A stretch of DNA of 64,000 nucleotides. Origin: Eledone cirrhosa. Its lineage: Eukaryota. Shown here piece by piece: positions 1-14,171 of this stretch. Numbering within the stretch: the first letter of the stretch is position 1; every line of letters begins with the position of its first letter. Under the pieces are notes generated by a model that saw only the letters and a program-made list of their open reading frames with translations, was not told where the DNA came from and searched no databases. The position numbers were made by a program, and so were the translations under genes. The stretch is taken from positions 123,876,001 through 123,940,000 of the forward strand of contig OZ024741.1 in assembly GCA_964016885.1 (NCBI GenBank), read 5' to 3'.

Positions 1-159
1 TGTGTGTCCGTGTTTATGCGCGTGCGTGTGTGTGTACGTGCGTCCCTATTCCCTAACTTCTCTCTCACTCACATTTCCTTCCTGACGAAAGACAAACTTC
101 TGACATGTTGAGCAGTCTTTTAACTACTTCACAAAAGCACTAAACGAATAATATTTCCC

Positions 160-214
<55 letters not shown>

Positions 215-385
215 GGACGCAATGTCAACACTGAGAAAAAGTGGAATTTACAGGAAATGTTATTCGTTTAGCGCTTTTGTGAAGCGGTTAAAAGACTGCT
301 TAACGTGCCAGACGCTAGTCTTTCGTCAGGAAGGAAATATGAGTAACATAGAAGTTAGATAATAAGCATGCATGCTTGCGTCTCC

Positions 386-419
<34 letters not shown>

Positions 420-454
420 AGCACACACGCAAGCACACACGCAAGCACACATGC

Positions 455-492
<38 letters not shown>

Positions 493-494
493 GC

Positions 495-561
<67 letters not shown>

Positions 562-811
562 CGAGGTGCGACTGAAACGTTTTGAGACACACACAAAACA
601 AATAGTTAACCAAATGAAACTGTGTCTGAGAAATGTGCGACATATCTGAAGTGCGGGGTTTATAATGTTAGATTTCTCTTGTTGTGTGCCAATAATGGTC
701 ACAATCTCTCAGCTATTCATATACTGTCCGCGTGCGTTTGGGTATATATAGGGAAGGTAACTAGCTGAAGTCGCTGAGCTCGCGGTAGATCATCTAGTTT
801 CTCTAATATAT

Positions 812-1008
812 ATATTTAATATAGAAAGGCTTCTACAGGACTAGAACTGTTTTATTCCGGAGAAATCATCAGGGCTGTCTGTGAATTTCTCCGGAATGAA
901 ACAGTTCTGGTCCTGTAGAAGCCTTTCTATATTAAATATTTATACTCTGCTTTGAATTGAGTACCTTACTTACTGTGGTTACCTCAGATTGAACCCGGGA
1001 TAAACTTA

Positions 1009-1009
<1 letters not shown>
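812..1009 (+). mobile_element. Short fold-back PLE-like end (arms ~812-866 / ~885-939, tail to ~1009) with HHR-like motif
   Basis: Near-perfect ~55-bp inverted repeat. Combining the arms gives CTGATGA-T-TTC-tccg-GAA-T-GAAAC-agttctg-GTC, but stem I pairing is imperfect. The tail ends at (CT)n(TA)n. Confidence 0.6.
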
Positions 1010-1090
<81 letters not shown>

Positions 1091-1521
1091 GTAGCGGGGT
1101 TAATGCCCAACTAAACAATATCACTTCATAGCCTGAAGCTAAAACCATTTTATTCCGGCATATCTGGTATTTGTACAATGGGTTAAAGAAAATTATCGAT
1201 TAAATAGACCACAAATCTCTACGTAGCTGACCATCGATGACTAACAGTAATACTTCTATTATAACACTAACTGGCTTCAGTAACAACGTCACGTTCTCAA
1301 TGTGTACGTGATCAGATACGGCCATTTCAAATCTCACGTGAAATAGACATTTATTTTATATTGCGGTACTGTACTTTCTGTGAAAAAGTTCATAGTGATA
1401 AATATCACTTGTGAAGAAATGTAGATCATTTTTATTTTATTTATAAAACTGCGCATGATTTGAATAACAAAATAATCTATGTGCACAGAGAAATGTATAT
1501 ATATATATATATATATATATA

Positions 1522-1614
1522 TTGTGTTCCAAAAATTGTATACAAGCTTTGATTACCTGTACAGGCAATGTTTATTAGGATGCTGTTGAAGTGTATGTAC
1601 ATTTTTGGATACAC
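1522..1614. mobile_element. Small MITE-like element
   Basis: Imperfect inverted ends tgtgttccaaaaattgtatac / gtatgtacatttttggatacac next to TA/CA tracts. Confidence 0.35.
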
Positions 1615-1666
1615 ACACACAAATATATATATATAAACAAACATATAATATATATATATATATATA

Positions 1667-1979
1667 CGATATTAAATAAATGGAAACTATATTTATAAAA
1701 CCATATTTATTTCATTATATATATTTCAGGGATATCATATTAAAAATATGGTATGCCTTCTTCAGACAAAATACAATATAAACAGTCTTATAAATAGATA
1801 GATTTGACATACCTTACAACTTCAACTTCCATTTAAAAAGTTGATTTGGTAGTGAAAAATGTTAGGGACAGTTATAAAAATATCGTAAATATCGTAAATA
1901 TACTCCAAATACTTGTTGAGTGCTTTTATATCAGTTATAAATATTTACTCGTTGTAACCCAACAATTTAAATAAAACTT

Positions 1980-2027
<48 letters not shown>

Positions 2028-2446
2028 AAGTTTTATTTAAATTGTTGGGTTAACAACGAGTAAATATTTATAACTGATATAAAAGCACTCAACAAGTATT
2101 TGGAGTATATTTACGATATTTACGAATATTTATACGAATTGATATTTACGATATTTATACGAATTGATATTTACGATATTTATACGAATTGATATTTTTT
2201 ACATTGATGAAACATAGTGTTTTAAATCTGCCTCGTTTATGTCTGGATATTTTTCTTTTTTTCTTTTTTTCTTTTCTCTCTATGTAACGGCTGTTTTCTC
2301 TCTTAACCACATATATCTCTCTCTACATTAATACTAGAGCTAAATAAATAAATAAATAAATAAATATATCATTGATACGTCATTCAACTGGTGCCCAACT
2401 ACCTATTCTCTTTCTCTCTATCTCTATCTATACCTATCTCTCTATA

Positions 2447-2493
<47 letters not shown>

Positions 2494-2877
2494 CTTCTCT
2501 CCCTCTCTCTCTATCTATCTCCCTCTGTGTTTTTTTCCTCTCTCTATATATCTCTCTCTGTTTCTTTACATGAATTTCTTCTCTCTATCTATCTCTCTAT
2601 ATCTATCTCTCTCTATTTAGTTGCATGCATTTCTTCTTTTTCTTCGTTTTTCTTTCTTTCTTTTTATAACTGTCCCTAATATTTTTTCACTACCAAATCA
2701 ACTTTTCAAATAGAAGTCGAAGTTGAAAGGTATGTCGAATCTATATATTTATAAGACTGTTTATATTGTATTTTGTCTGAAGAAGGCATAACATATTTTT
2801 AATATGATATCCCTGAAATATATATAATGAAATAAATATGGTTTTATAAATATAGTTTCCATTTATTTAATATCGTA
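1667..2877. mobile_element. Nested inverted-repeat PLE-like structure bounded by (TA)n
   Basis: Outer arms ~1667-1880 / ~2660-2877 are reverse complements and each carries an HHR. Inner arms ~1881-1982 / ~2025-2125 mirror each other around a (TA)n tract. Confidence 0.75.
2770..2833 (+). ncRNA. Type-I hammerhead ribozyme motif (inverted copy at ~1709-1772, minus)
   Basis: ATTTTGT-CTGAAGA-AGG..catatt-ttt-aatatg..CCT-GAAA-TATATA-TA-ATGAAAT. Stem I pairs with G.U, loop III is palindromic, and AATAAA follows directly. Confidence 0.8.
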
Positions 2878-3160
2878 TATATATATATATTTATATACTT
2901 ACTGTACTTAATTATTCTGTAGCAGCATATTTTATAATCTTTCTGTAACACCTTTTTTTTTTACTTTTTAATTTTTAATACTTTTATCTGCTCCTAATTT
3001 TTATTGTATGTATATGCTCGTATTCTTCATATGCTTCTTCCGCCTCTCTTATCTTATATAAATGTTGATACTTATGATTATCTAGCCTCCCATATTATGT
3101 ATCCTCCTAAAGTTCCTGTGACAAAGTTTTGATATTATATTTTTGTTTGACTTTTGCTAT

Positions 3161-3208
3161 CTACTCCGATGAATCGACCTTGTATTAGGATGAAACGATC
3201 GTAACTGA
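3161..3208 (+). ncRNA. Degenerate HHR motif in a PLE-like end (~2900-3360) ending at (TA)n
   Basis: CCGATGA-ATC...GAT-GAAAC-GATC-GTA. Loop III is palindromic and stem I is weak. Confidence 0.45.
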
Positions 3209-3357
3209 TTAAATGTTTTAAACACTCTTCGATTGTTATTTACATTTTATTTCGGCTTTGAAGTATACTTGTTATTTTACATTGAGCTATTTTTATAATT
3301 ATAACTGGGTATTATTTATTATTACACATATTATGTATATATTTATATATAGCTGCA

Positions 3358-3418
<61 letters not shown>

Positions 3419-3519
3419 GTGTGTGTGGGGGGGGGGGGAAACAAACCGAGGTTTCATATTAAGGTCTTTATTAATTATACATAATTACGACCGTCATATA
3501 GAGTCTGCCTTAAATTTGA

Positions 3520-3645
3520 GTGCTGATTTGGGTACCTTTGGCAGTATCAGTACTGTGTTGGACACCATGCTTTTCAACGTAGAGTTACGGCCCTTTACGG
3601 TATGTGGTCAAATCCCGCCGAGGTTATCTTTGCCTTTCATCATTA
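3520..3645 (+). mobile_element. tRNA-derived SINE fragment (family A)
   Basis: tcaaatcccgccgaggttatctttgcctttcatc matches the fuller copy at 63668-63855. Confidence 0.6.
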
Positions 3646-4354
3646 CGGTGTCGATTATTCCTCTATGTCTTTTTAAGAGTCTGTTTGTATGTGTGTATGC
3701 ACGTGTGTGCACGTTTGTGTGTGTGTGTGTGATTAAAAGGTTGTCTTCCAAATATCGTGGCTCAGATTTCAGTCCACTACGCTTCACTTTGAGTAGGTGT
3801 CTTCTGATACATCCCCAGTTTGACCAAAGTCTTCTGAGTGAAATTTGTAAGACGATTGTGTTTGTTTCTGACCTGTCACATGGCTGTTCGGCAAAAACAA
3901 ATCGTTTAACTAAGTACAAGCCTATTACTGAAATACACAAAAAGTAGATCACTTGGCAGTGTATATATGTTTCAATTGTTTAAAATAAATAACCTCTTCT
4001 TAGCCTATTTAAATAAAATTGGACAGTTTTAGTCTATCCGACTGCATTAGTATTACACATAAGCAGCTATGAACACAAATCTGATGCCTGCATCTTGTTC
4101 GCAGTATCTTTGCCTATGAGGGGAGGTGGGGTACGTGGAAGAAATAATTCATATTGTTGATTATCGAAAAGAAAACAAGGAAAATATAATCAAGCAAGAA
4201 GTAACTAAGTAAGAAATAATCAAGTAAGAAAGTGAGAGGGTGGGAGAGCGACAGAATCTACACCCCAGTATGAGCGATACTTCAGCTGCGGATTAAATAG
4301 CAAAGGTATTCCTGCAGATTATGGCCTGTGACACCTACTGCAACAGCTACCCCT

Positions 4355-4900
4355 CCTCACGGGTCTCTTTCCTGTTGTCTTCTTGGTTGTATAAAGGGAT
4401 TGACCTTGTTTTCCTGATTTAACTTTTCGGGTGATTCAGAAAATATATGTGTGACCATGTGGGGCGTTTGAATTACTGGTAGCGTCCAAGCTAACAGAAA
4501 TTCGTGAACACTCAGCCATCTTTGCCTCCACATTTTAACAATCTGACAATCATATAGCAAGTTTTTCAACTGTCAAATACCAAGATGTCAATTTGCTTAG
4601 ATATTGTGTCAGTTAATGACAAAGTCCAAAGAATATAGTGCTTAAGAAAGCTGTTTGACTGTCATTAACTCAAGCATTCTATTTCTATCAATGATTTGAA
4701 ATTGTTCTAGCCATCCTGAAAGTTGTTCAACTGCAGAAGCAATCGGTGTTACTTTTTTTCCAAACATTTCATTTTTCATAATTTGAGGCCCCGTCATTAG
4801 GGGATTTGTCCTAACTTTCGTGGGTAGGAGAGTTAAACTACTCAGAGCAATTAAAATCCAAAATACAAGCAACCGGTAGAAAAACCATAAAGCCCCTCGG
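4355..4900 (-). pseudogene. Possible highly decayed hAT-type transposase remnant
   Basis: Manual minus-strand reading through stops gives ...CSRISVSLDATSNSN... and ...KTTG, reminiscent of hAT 'FSLxLDESTD' and 'TTTG' motifs. Confidence 0.3.
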
Positions 4901-5200
4901 CGAATGCTCTAACAATTTTTAAAATCCATCAACAGGGTCTAATCCTTTATGTTATCGATCCCGAATGGATTAAAGGAAAATGTAGGTTTAAAATGGCGGG
5001 ATTTGAACTCAGATTCATAACGACTAACGATTCTATTCTATTAAAAATTTTTCTACTATCTATGTAAATTTTAATCCAGTAGAAAGTTTCAATCTGAAAT
5101 TGCTTGAGGCAATATAGGAGCCTCATATACATTTTATATTTAATTTTTGTGACACACACATACACATCCACATTTATATATACATACACACACACATACA

Positions 5201-5265
<65 letters not shown>

Positions 5266-5303
5266 GTGTGTGTTTTTATGCGTTTGCATTTATCTGTGTG
5301 TAT

Positions 5304-5365
<62 letters not shown>

Positions 5366-6157
5366 GTATATATATATATATACTTATGAATCACATTTTG
5401 GATTTTAAAAAATGGCTTCTAAACAACAACATGCCCCATGTTTTGTTTTATTTTATTTTCACTAGCACTTTGGACAATTTTCCAATTTAAATGAGATGAT
5501 CAAAAGTGTATAATATAATTGAGAAGAATTCTCTGTTTTTTTTCTTCTAAAAATCTTTTCTCCAAGACCATATGCAAATTTCAACGTTTTCTGTAAAAAT
5601 AACATGCAAGTAATTCAGCTCATCACTGTTGTTTATTAAACAAATTCTAGCAGAATTGTGAAAATATACAAAGAATATAATTTATTTTTTCATTTTCTAA
5701 TTTCAATCGTCGCGTTAGAGTATTTGATTGATGTGTATGAAAAGGAATCCGAATTAATTTTCAGATTTTATGTGAGGAGCTCTGAAGATTAATAAATACG
5801 CATAGCTTCACATTTGCATGCAGTGCAGATCATACCATTTATAATATAGATTTATACATTCATCATTCAGTGCAAGAAATTCTCCCAATTTGTTCATAAA
5901 CAGAACTTTTCAAATATTCCTCTGGAATAACAATACATTACTATGTTTAATTATAGTTCGTGTATACACTGAGGATATGGATGGTGTGTGTATATGTGTG
6001 TATATGTTATATGGACACATATGCGTATACATGTGTGTGTAAGGGTAAATATGTATGTATGCGCGTGTCAATATGTATATATATATATATATACACTCGG
6101 GATATGAAATGCTTACATGAATATGCATGTATATATGTATGTTAATGTTTATGCATT

Positions 6158-6231
<74 letters not shown>

Positions 6232-6242
6232 CATATATATAC

Positions 6243-6320
<78 letters not shown>

Positions 6321-6326
6321 CAAATC

Positions 6327-6361
<35 letters not shown>

Positions 6362-6967
6362 GTGCGCATATGTGTGCATATAGCCAAGTATGTGTGTATC
6401 TACTTACGTATGTTGGTATTTACTTATGGATGTATGTGTATATTTCTATGTGTCTATGTGTATGTATGTGTACGTGTGTATATGGTGCCAACTGGCGGTG
6501 TAGTTCATAAGACGCTTCAGCATTACTGTTTATACATACAAGAAGTTGATACTTTGCCAGAGACTGGGATTGCAGACAGTAAGGAGTAATGTCGATTAAT
6601 TATTCCTTTTTAAATTAGATATAAAACCCTTCAGATATTTATGCATAACTACAAACAGTGTCGAATGTTTTCCGTCGATTGCAACGATGATTTTTCTTTT
6701 CATATTTTTAAACGATCGACATGATCCCAGAATTCAATTGCTTACGAAATAGCGAGGAACTCGTAAAATCGAACAAAGGAAACAATGTTTCAATTGGTCT
6801 TTCTATTGCTGATACAATCTCCTCGCAACTCCTAGTAGATGGAGCATCGTGCAATAAGTTGCTTCCTCGAGGACAAATCGCCTCACCCGGTCCGGGAAGG
6901 GAGACCGCAAACTTACGATTGAGAATCCAGCTCCCTCACAACTAAGCCATTAGTTTTTTAAAACAAT

Positions 6968-7154
6968 GGAAAATTCTGCTCGTGAAATTAAGCTACAAGT
7001 GGTGGAGCAGTGTACAAGCAGTGGTGTGTATACGTCACGACTGGCTTTTTCAATACAACTCATCATTTCCAGTTCAGTAGACATATATTATGTATCTACG
7101 TACGTAACAAGGTGACATGCTTATAAAGATTATACATGTTTATATATAGATAAA
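6968..7154. repeat. ~187-bp direct duplication, copy 1 (copy 2 at ~8782-8967)
   Basis: ggaaaattctgctcgtg...atatatagataaa appears identical at both positions. Confidence 0.85.
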
Positions 7155-7350
7155 TATATATATATATATAAACATGTATAACCTTTATAAGCATGTATAT
7201 ATATATATATATATACGTATATATATATACACACACAAAACACACACATTATCATATGCACATGGACACACACATATATGTACATGACTATGCATCCATA
7301 TTTATATATATATATATATACACACAAACATACATATATATATATACACA

Positions 7351-7452
<102 letters not shown>

Positions 7453-7701
7453 CATACATATATACTTACATGCATACATACATATATACTTACACTTATA
7501 CATACATATATACATACACACATACACAGATTTATAAATACATAATGCTTGTACAAGCATAGTCTTACAAAATATTTGTAGAAACGTCAGTTACCTGTAA
7601 TTATCAAATATATTATTATGCTAGGAATGACATTTATTATGAATGAGATTCTCCATTTATATGCACACAGACATATCTGTGAGGTTCTTGGTTCAGATGA
7701 G

Positions 7702-7736
<35 letters not shown>

Positions 7737-7744
7737 ATATAGTA

Positions 7745-7870
7745 ATTGTTTTTACTTTAGGCACAAAGCCAGCAATTAACCAGTGCATTACTGGTACTTT
7801 ATTTTATCGACCCCGTAAGGATGAAAGACAAAGTTAACCTCGGCGGGATTTGAACTCAGTCCGTAAAGGG
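7745..7870 (-). mobile_element. tRNA-derived SINE (family A)
   Basis: ggcacaaagccagc...ttttatcgaccccgtaaggatgaaa...cggcgggatttgaactcag; B-box GTTCAAATCC on the minus strand. Confidence 0.75.
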
Positions 7871-7979
7871 ATAGTAATAATAATAAATTTGAAGTCTAAA
7901 ATCCAAAGAGCGCTCGATAAGGATAAATATATATTAAATATATAAGAACCCTAGAGAAAATATATATATATATATATAT

Positions 7980-8563
7980 ATATATGAAAATATGGGTGAG
8001 AAGAATACTGCAGGTTGCACATGGATAACATGTTATAAAATGAGTCCCTCATCAGTGATTTACCAAACGATCATGGGTATTTCATCGCATTAAAAATCAT
8101 ATACCTCACGTTGGAGCGATAATAACTAATATAAGTTATTAGGACAATAGAAACGCGTAAAGCGAGTGAGACAAGTAAACAACACGGGGAAGCTAACCGA
8201 AGATGGAAATAAACGCAAGCAACATAGTTATTCTTTCAGCATAAGCTGTGTGAATATATGAGCGAGTCAGAAAACAAACCTTTCGCTAGTGAATCCGGTG
8301 TTAGAAAGAATGAAAACCGTTTTCCCAGCGAACAGGAGGAAGAAAGAAGGAGAGAAACAGGGACTGAGTGAGTGGGAGTGCGAGGAAGAGGTCAGTAGAG
8401 AGAAAGAGTTAACTGACATGGCAGAGGGGACGAAAGAAAGTAAGAGAAACAGAGAGAACGAGGGAGCAGTAAGAGAGAAAGAGAGAAACACAGAATTGCA
8501 GTTTGGATAAATATATGAAAATATGGGTGAGAAGAATACTGCTGGTTGCACATGGATAACATG

Positions 8564-8566
<3 letters not shown>
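7980..8566 (-). mobile_element. Partial-tandem element (~530-bp period) between (TA)n tracts, PLE pLTR-like
   Basis: A ~55-bp direct repeat at 7980-8036 and 8511-8566. CTGATGAGGG occurs on the minus strand at ~8046-8055, but there is no intact GAAA half. Confidence 0.45.
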
Positions 8567-8601
<35 letters not shown>

Positions 8602-9149
8602 TACATCGATGATCACCCGAGCCAGTTATCAGTGGAACATGTGTAATGTTTGATATGCAACAAAAATATTTGAAAGTGAAATTCATTATCTCATACATAA
8701 TATAGATATTAGTGTGTGTATATGAGTGTATGTATGTTTATATATGTGTGAGTGTCCGAATTTATGTCATATGATATAGAGGAAAATTCTGCTCGTGAAA
8801 TTAAGCTACAAGTGGTGGAGCAGTGTACAAGCAGTGGTGTGTATACGTCACGACTGGCTTTTTCAATACAACTCATCATTTCCAGTTCAGTAGACATATA
8901 TTATGTATCTACGTACGTAACAAGGTGACATGCTTATAAAGATTATACATGTTTATATATAGATAAACCAAATCGATAAAATAAGTACCAGATCAGACAT
9001 GACATAGCAACATATGTCCTAGAATCGGTATGAACGGCTATATCAATGTACTGCTCCAGTATGGTCGTATTCTACAAGTAAAATTAAAAACAGTAAAATA
9101 TCTCACTGTATATTTTCAGAAACATCATAAACCATAATTAGCAACTGTC

Positions 9150-9470
9150 GAATGGTTAAGAAATTACCTTCTCAGCCATTAGGTTTCTTATTCCATCCAA
9201 CTCTAGATTCTTTGGCAAGTGTCATTTACCGTAGTCTTCGGTCGACCCATATCTTGGGAAGGATATTTGGCAGATACTGTCTGGAAGTCTTTGAATGACG
9301 GTACTTGTAATTAAAATAGTCTGTCTTGTCAAACGCAGCATTTCCCTGAGAATAACTATAATGGTAGACCAGACTTGGGACAGTCAACTACATAGACGTT
9401 AATTTCATGAGCAGGTTTTTGTTGATTAAACAAATAGAACACTCATCGTCGAAACCGACGGAATTTCATT
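9150..9470 (+). mobile_element. Decayed SINE (family B)
   Basis: Shares ...cctgagaa..., gttaatttcatgagcagg and catcgtcgaaaccgacg with copies at 29040-29760, 35080-35965, 39940-40150 and 53960-54200. Confidence 0.55.
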
Positions 9471-9745
9471 GCCGTCATATTGATCAAATATCATTACGCA
9501 AGAAACTACATTTATAATAGAAGACATTTTGCATTTAAAATATGAAATAAATAAAGATGAAAAAACGAAAGAATTTTACCGATTTATTTCGAAAGTAAAT
9601 TTGAATTGAAGCTGTTCTGCTCTACCTGAGATGAATCTGATGTAGCTATTTCCTACATTAGCCCGTATGTCTATATATTTGTATATGTATGTGTGTCGGC
9701 CTGTGTATGTTTTTGTGTCAGTGCCTTCATACATATTTGTATATA

Positions 9746-9796
<51 letters not shown>

Positions 9797-9828
9797 ATAA
9801 TAGTAATAATAATAATATTGAAGACTAA

Positions 9829-9873
<45 letters not shown>

Positions 9874-10709
9874 TAGATATATATATATATATAGATATGT
9901 ATGTATGTATTTTTCGCATGTTAGTGGGTATGACTGTATATTTTTATGCGTGTGTGTATCCATGTATATTTTCATACACACACTTACACACACACACACA
10001 CCCACACACATATATATACTTCTGTGTTTGTCTGTGTGTATGTGCGTATCTGTGTGTATATGTGTATTTCTATTTCTGTATATATGTGAAATTATTCTTG
10101 GAATATTGGACGTTATGTGAATTAGATTGAAGATTGCTTTCGTTGATATAGTTGAACGGAAAGATAAGTAGCAAGACATGGTTCTTTATTAGTAACCAGA
10201 AAAATTAGATGTCAAAATAACTAATGGATATTATATGCATGTATATGGGGCGATATATCATCACACGCATACATAGTTGCAGAACAATATATATACATAT
10301 ATATACATTGGTGCACACACACAAACAACTATTCATATACAGTCAGTGCTCACACATGTATGCAAACAGACACACACACACACACATATATATATTTATA
10401 CATATAAAATATAAAATTGTATTTGCGTAAGCGTCGCGGGTAAGTGGGCTAAGGGTTATGTGTATTTTATGAATCTTCGTATATGTGTGCATATGAATAT
10501 GCATGAGTATACATATGTCTCTGTGCAATACCGCCCACTCCTTATATATCGACACAATATAAGCGCCACATGAGTATGAACTAATACTTCGTAATAACAC
10601 AATGTATAAGTGTTAGCTTATATCTCACTCCAGCTGAAATCTGCACACAAACACACACACACCCATACACACACACACACATATAAGTATATAAGTATAT
10701 AAATATAAC

Positions 10710-10789
<80 letters not shown>

Positions 10790-10811
10790 TGTGTGTGTGT
10801 GTGTGAGCACA

Positions 10812-10847
<36 letters not shown>

Positions 10848-11176
10848 TTATATGTGAAACCATAGATCATCCAAATATATCTAAATCTCATTTGAAGACA
10901 TGATTTCATGGACATTTCTCCATTTTCCCTGATACACACATAACTGAAACAGATAATGTCGAAACATATATTTGTTATACTTTCGAATTTTAATAGTACT
11001 TAGAATTTAGTCAAGTCAGCACTAACATTCTACGTGTCTTCACTATTGTTATTAACGTATGTATTTATGATGCCCTAGTTTTAGCATTTTTTTTTTAGCA
11101 TTCTGGCTTGTCACAGGAATCATACATAAAATATCAATCCGTATGTATGCATATTAATATACTATATATATATATG

Positions 11177-12120
11177 TGAGTCGTGTGGGATTCTGTGGCT
11201 ATGTATGTATATATATATAGATATATATATAAGTATAATTACGTACTCACATATATGTGTAGAGACGCACAGTAGTATGTATATATATATACATACATGC
11301 ACACATATATATGTACGTATGGATTCACCGAACATTTATTATAATGGCATATGTGTGCATATATGTATATATATACATACTACTGTACGGCTGTACTAGT
11401 TTCAAGCTTATTAGCTATCGTCAGCAACGTATACCTTTCTGTCAGATGATTGAACCTCTGAAAGTATATACTTTCCTTATGCATATTAACGACTAAGCAG
11501 CCTAATTTGCATATCCAGTGAGTTAATCGGCCGGGCATACCAAAAATGATAAATGCAAAAGAATGAAACGAAATTTCATTTCTCACTCTTAGTACGGCTG
11601 ATACCTAAATATAAGTATGTATACGTACATACATATATGTGTACAGACGCACAGTAGTACGTATATATATACATACATGCACACATATATATATGTACGT
11701 ATGTGTTTACCGAACATTTATTATAATGCCCGGTTTGTTTGTAAACAAACAGCCCGAATTACGCCATACAGTGCTCGGCAACCATCGTCGAGTTTTTGTT
11801 CAACACTGACACAGGAACGATGTACTAGTTTCAAGCTATTAGCTATCGTCAGCATCGTCAGATGATTGAACGTCTGAAAGGTTGCCGAGCACTGTACGGC
11901 GTAATTCGGGCTGTTTGTTTACAAACGAACCAAGCATTATAATAAATGTTCGGTAAACCCATACGTACATGTATATATATGTGGGCATGTATGTATATAT
12001 ATATATTCATACTACTGTGCGTCTGTACACATATATGTATGTACGTATACATACTTATATTTAGGTATCAGCCGTACTAAGGGTCAGAAATGAAATTTCG
12101 TTTTATTCTTTTCCATTTAT
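11177..12120. mobile_element. PLE-like partial tandem (~11177-11880, minus) plus inverted copy (~11880-12120), bounded by (TA)n
   Basis: Two direct units each contain an HHR (11388-11430 and 11817-11858). 11568-11782 is the reverse complement of 11880-12101. Confidence 0.75.
11817..11858 (-). ncRNA. Minimal type-I hammerhead ribozyme, apparently intact
   Basis: Minus strand: ACGATG-CTGACGA-T-AGCT-aat-AGCT-T-GAAAC-TA-GTA-CATCGT. Stem I is 6 bp, ACTAGT is palindromic, and the cleavage triplet is GUA. Confidence 0.85.
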
Positions 12121-12124
12121 ATAA

Positions 12125-12217
<93 letters not shown>

Positions 12218-12222
<5 letters not shown>

Positions 12223-13518
12223 ATGTTTGGGAGGATCATGCTGCCAATAAAAACACACGCATCAGTGATATCACTCCAATTTATTATAAATTAAATTTAT
12301 AAAATTAAGAATTTATAAATTTCCGGTTGGCTGGTTGATCCCATAACCGGACGGTTGTCAAACTTCTTTCGTCACACATTCTGTGACATCTTCAGTGACT
12401 AGGAATTCTTTTCTTTGTTTTGTGTTTCTCCTTTGAACTGTCCTACGCCATCTTTCTTTTGTGTGTCTTGTGTGCTTAGTTTCAGCATGTGTTACATCCG
12501 GGTGTCTGTGTGTGTTTTTATTTGTTTATTTACATGTTACTGGTTGGTTGTTTGTTCTATGTGTGTGTGTGTTTTCATTTTGTCCTTAATTGTAAGTTGT
12601 GATGTTGCTATTCCATTCATGTTTTGTATTTAATTTTGGTTGGAGTTCATCTATGTTTATTGCCTCTGTGATATGTCTAAACATTGCGTCTGATCTGTGT
12701 GTAAATTTTATTTTTATTTCTATGTTATCTAATTTGCCCTTATCTTCTATTTTAGCATGTTGGTGGAGTATTGATGATTCTTTTTTATCTTGAATTTCTT
12801 GAAAAAAGTTTAAATGTACACTGGCGAGAACTTCAAGAACTTCAAGATAAAAAAAAAAATAAAAAAGAATCATCAATACTCCACCAACATGCTAAAATCG
12901 AACATAAGAGCAAATTAGGGAACATAGAAATAAAAATAGAATCTACACACAGAAAAGACGCAATGTTTAGACATATCACAGAGGCAATAAACATAAATGA
13001 ACTCCAACCAAAATTAAATGGAAAACATGAATGGAATAGCAACATCACAACTTACAATTAAGGACAAAATGAAAACACACACACACATAGAACAAACAAC
13101 CAACCAGTAACATGTAAATAAACAAATAATTAAACAAATAAAAACACACACAGACACCCGGATGTAAGACATGCGCAAACTAAGCACACAACACACGCAA
13201 AAACAAGATGGCGTAGGACAGAAAAAAGGAGAAGCACAAAACAAAGAAAAGAATCCCAGTCACTGAAGAGGTCACAGAATGTGTGACGAAAGAAGTTTGA
13301 CAATATATGAGCAACCGTCCGGTTATGGAACCAACCAGCCAACCGGAAATTTATAAATTCTTAAATTTATAAATTTAATTTATAATAAATTGGAGTGAAA
13401 GCAACTGGTGCGTGTGTTTCTTATTGGCAACATGACCCTCCTAAAGCATAACAATATCGGTTTCAACACACGTTTTCAGATAAAATATCTTGCTAAATAA
13501 ATTCAGAAACGAAATATC

Positions 13519-13520
<2 letters not shown>
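12218..13520. mobile_element. Fold-back PLE: GIY-YIG C-terminus plus pLTR on + (~12822-13520) with inverted copy (~12218-12800)
   Basis: ORFs 12771-13061(+) and 12586-12876(-) encode the same peptide SILHQHAKIEH...DAMFRHITEAININELQPKLNGKHEWN, which resembles a PLE GIY-YIG end. Each arm has an HHR and both outer ends meet (TA)n. Confidence 0.8.
13259..13301 (+). ncRNA. Type-I HHR motif (other copies 12357-12399 -, ~13709-13751 -, ~13850-13892 +)
   Basis: GTCA-CTGAAGA-G-GTCACA-gaatg-TGTGAC-GAAA-GAAG-TT-TGAC, with stems I and II both pairing. Confidence 0.75.
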
Positions 13521-13577
<57 letters not shown>

Positions 13578-14086
13578 TGTGGGAGGGTCATGTTGCCAAT
13601 AAGAAATACACGCACCAGTTAATTCACTCCAATTTATTATGAATTAAATTTATAAATTTCCGGTTGGTTGGTTGGTTGGTTCCTCAACCGGACTGTTGTT
13701 CATATTTTGTCAAATTTCTTTCGTCTAATATTCTGTGACCTCTTCAGTGACTGGGTATTCTTCTCTTTGTTGTGTGCCTCTCCTTTGTAACAACAAGATG
13801 GCGTAGGACAGAACAAAGAAGAGGCACAAAACAAAGAGAAGAATCCCCAGTCAATGAAGAGGTCACAGAATGTGTGACGAAAGAAGTTTGACATTATATG
13901 AACAACAGTCCGGTTGTGGAACCAACCAATCAACCGGAAACTTATAAATTTAATTTATAATAAATTGGAGTGGAAGCAAGTGGTGCGTGTGTTTCTTATT
14001 GGCAACATGACCCTCCCAAAGTATAACAATATCGGTTTCAACACACGTTTTCAGATAAATAATATTGCTAAACAAATTCAGAAACG

Positions 14087-14090
<4 letters not shown>
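13578..14090. mobile_element. Second, shorter fold-back insertion of the same PLE family
   Basis: ~13578-13786(-) and ~13790-14090(+) are homologous to 13200-13520, with (TA)n on both sides. Confidence 0.8.

Positions 14091-14171
<81 letters not shown>

Noticed and set aside
560-590. Mariner-like TIR tacgaggtgcgactgaaa
   Set aside because: No partner TIR or transposase was identified.
3258-3952. 229-aa and 114-aa ORFs as host exons
   Set aside because: They span microsatellite and SINE sequence and show no recognisable domain.
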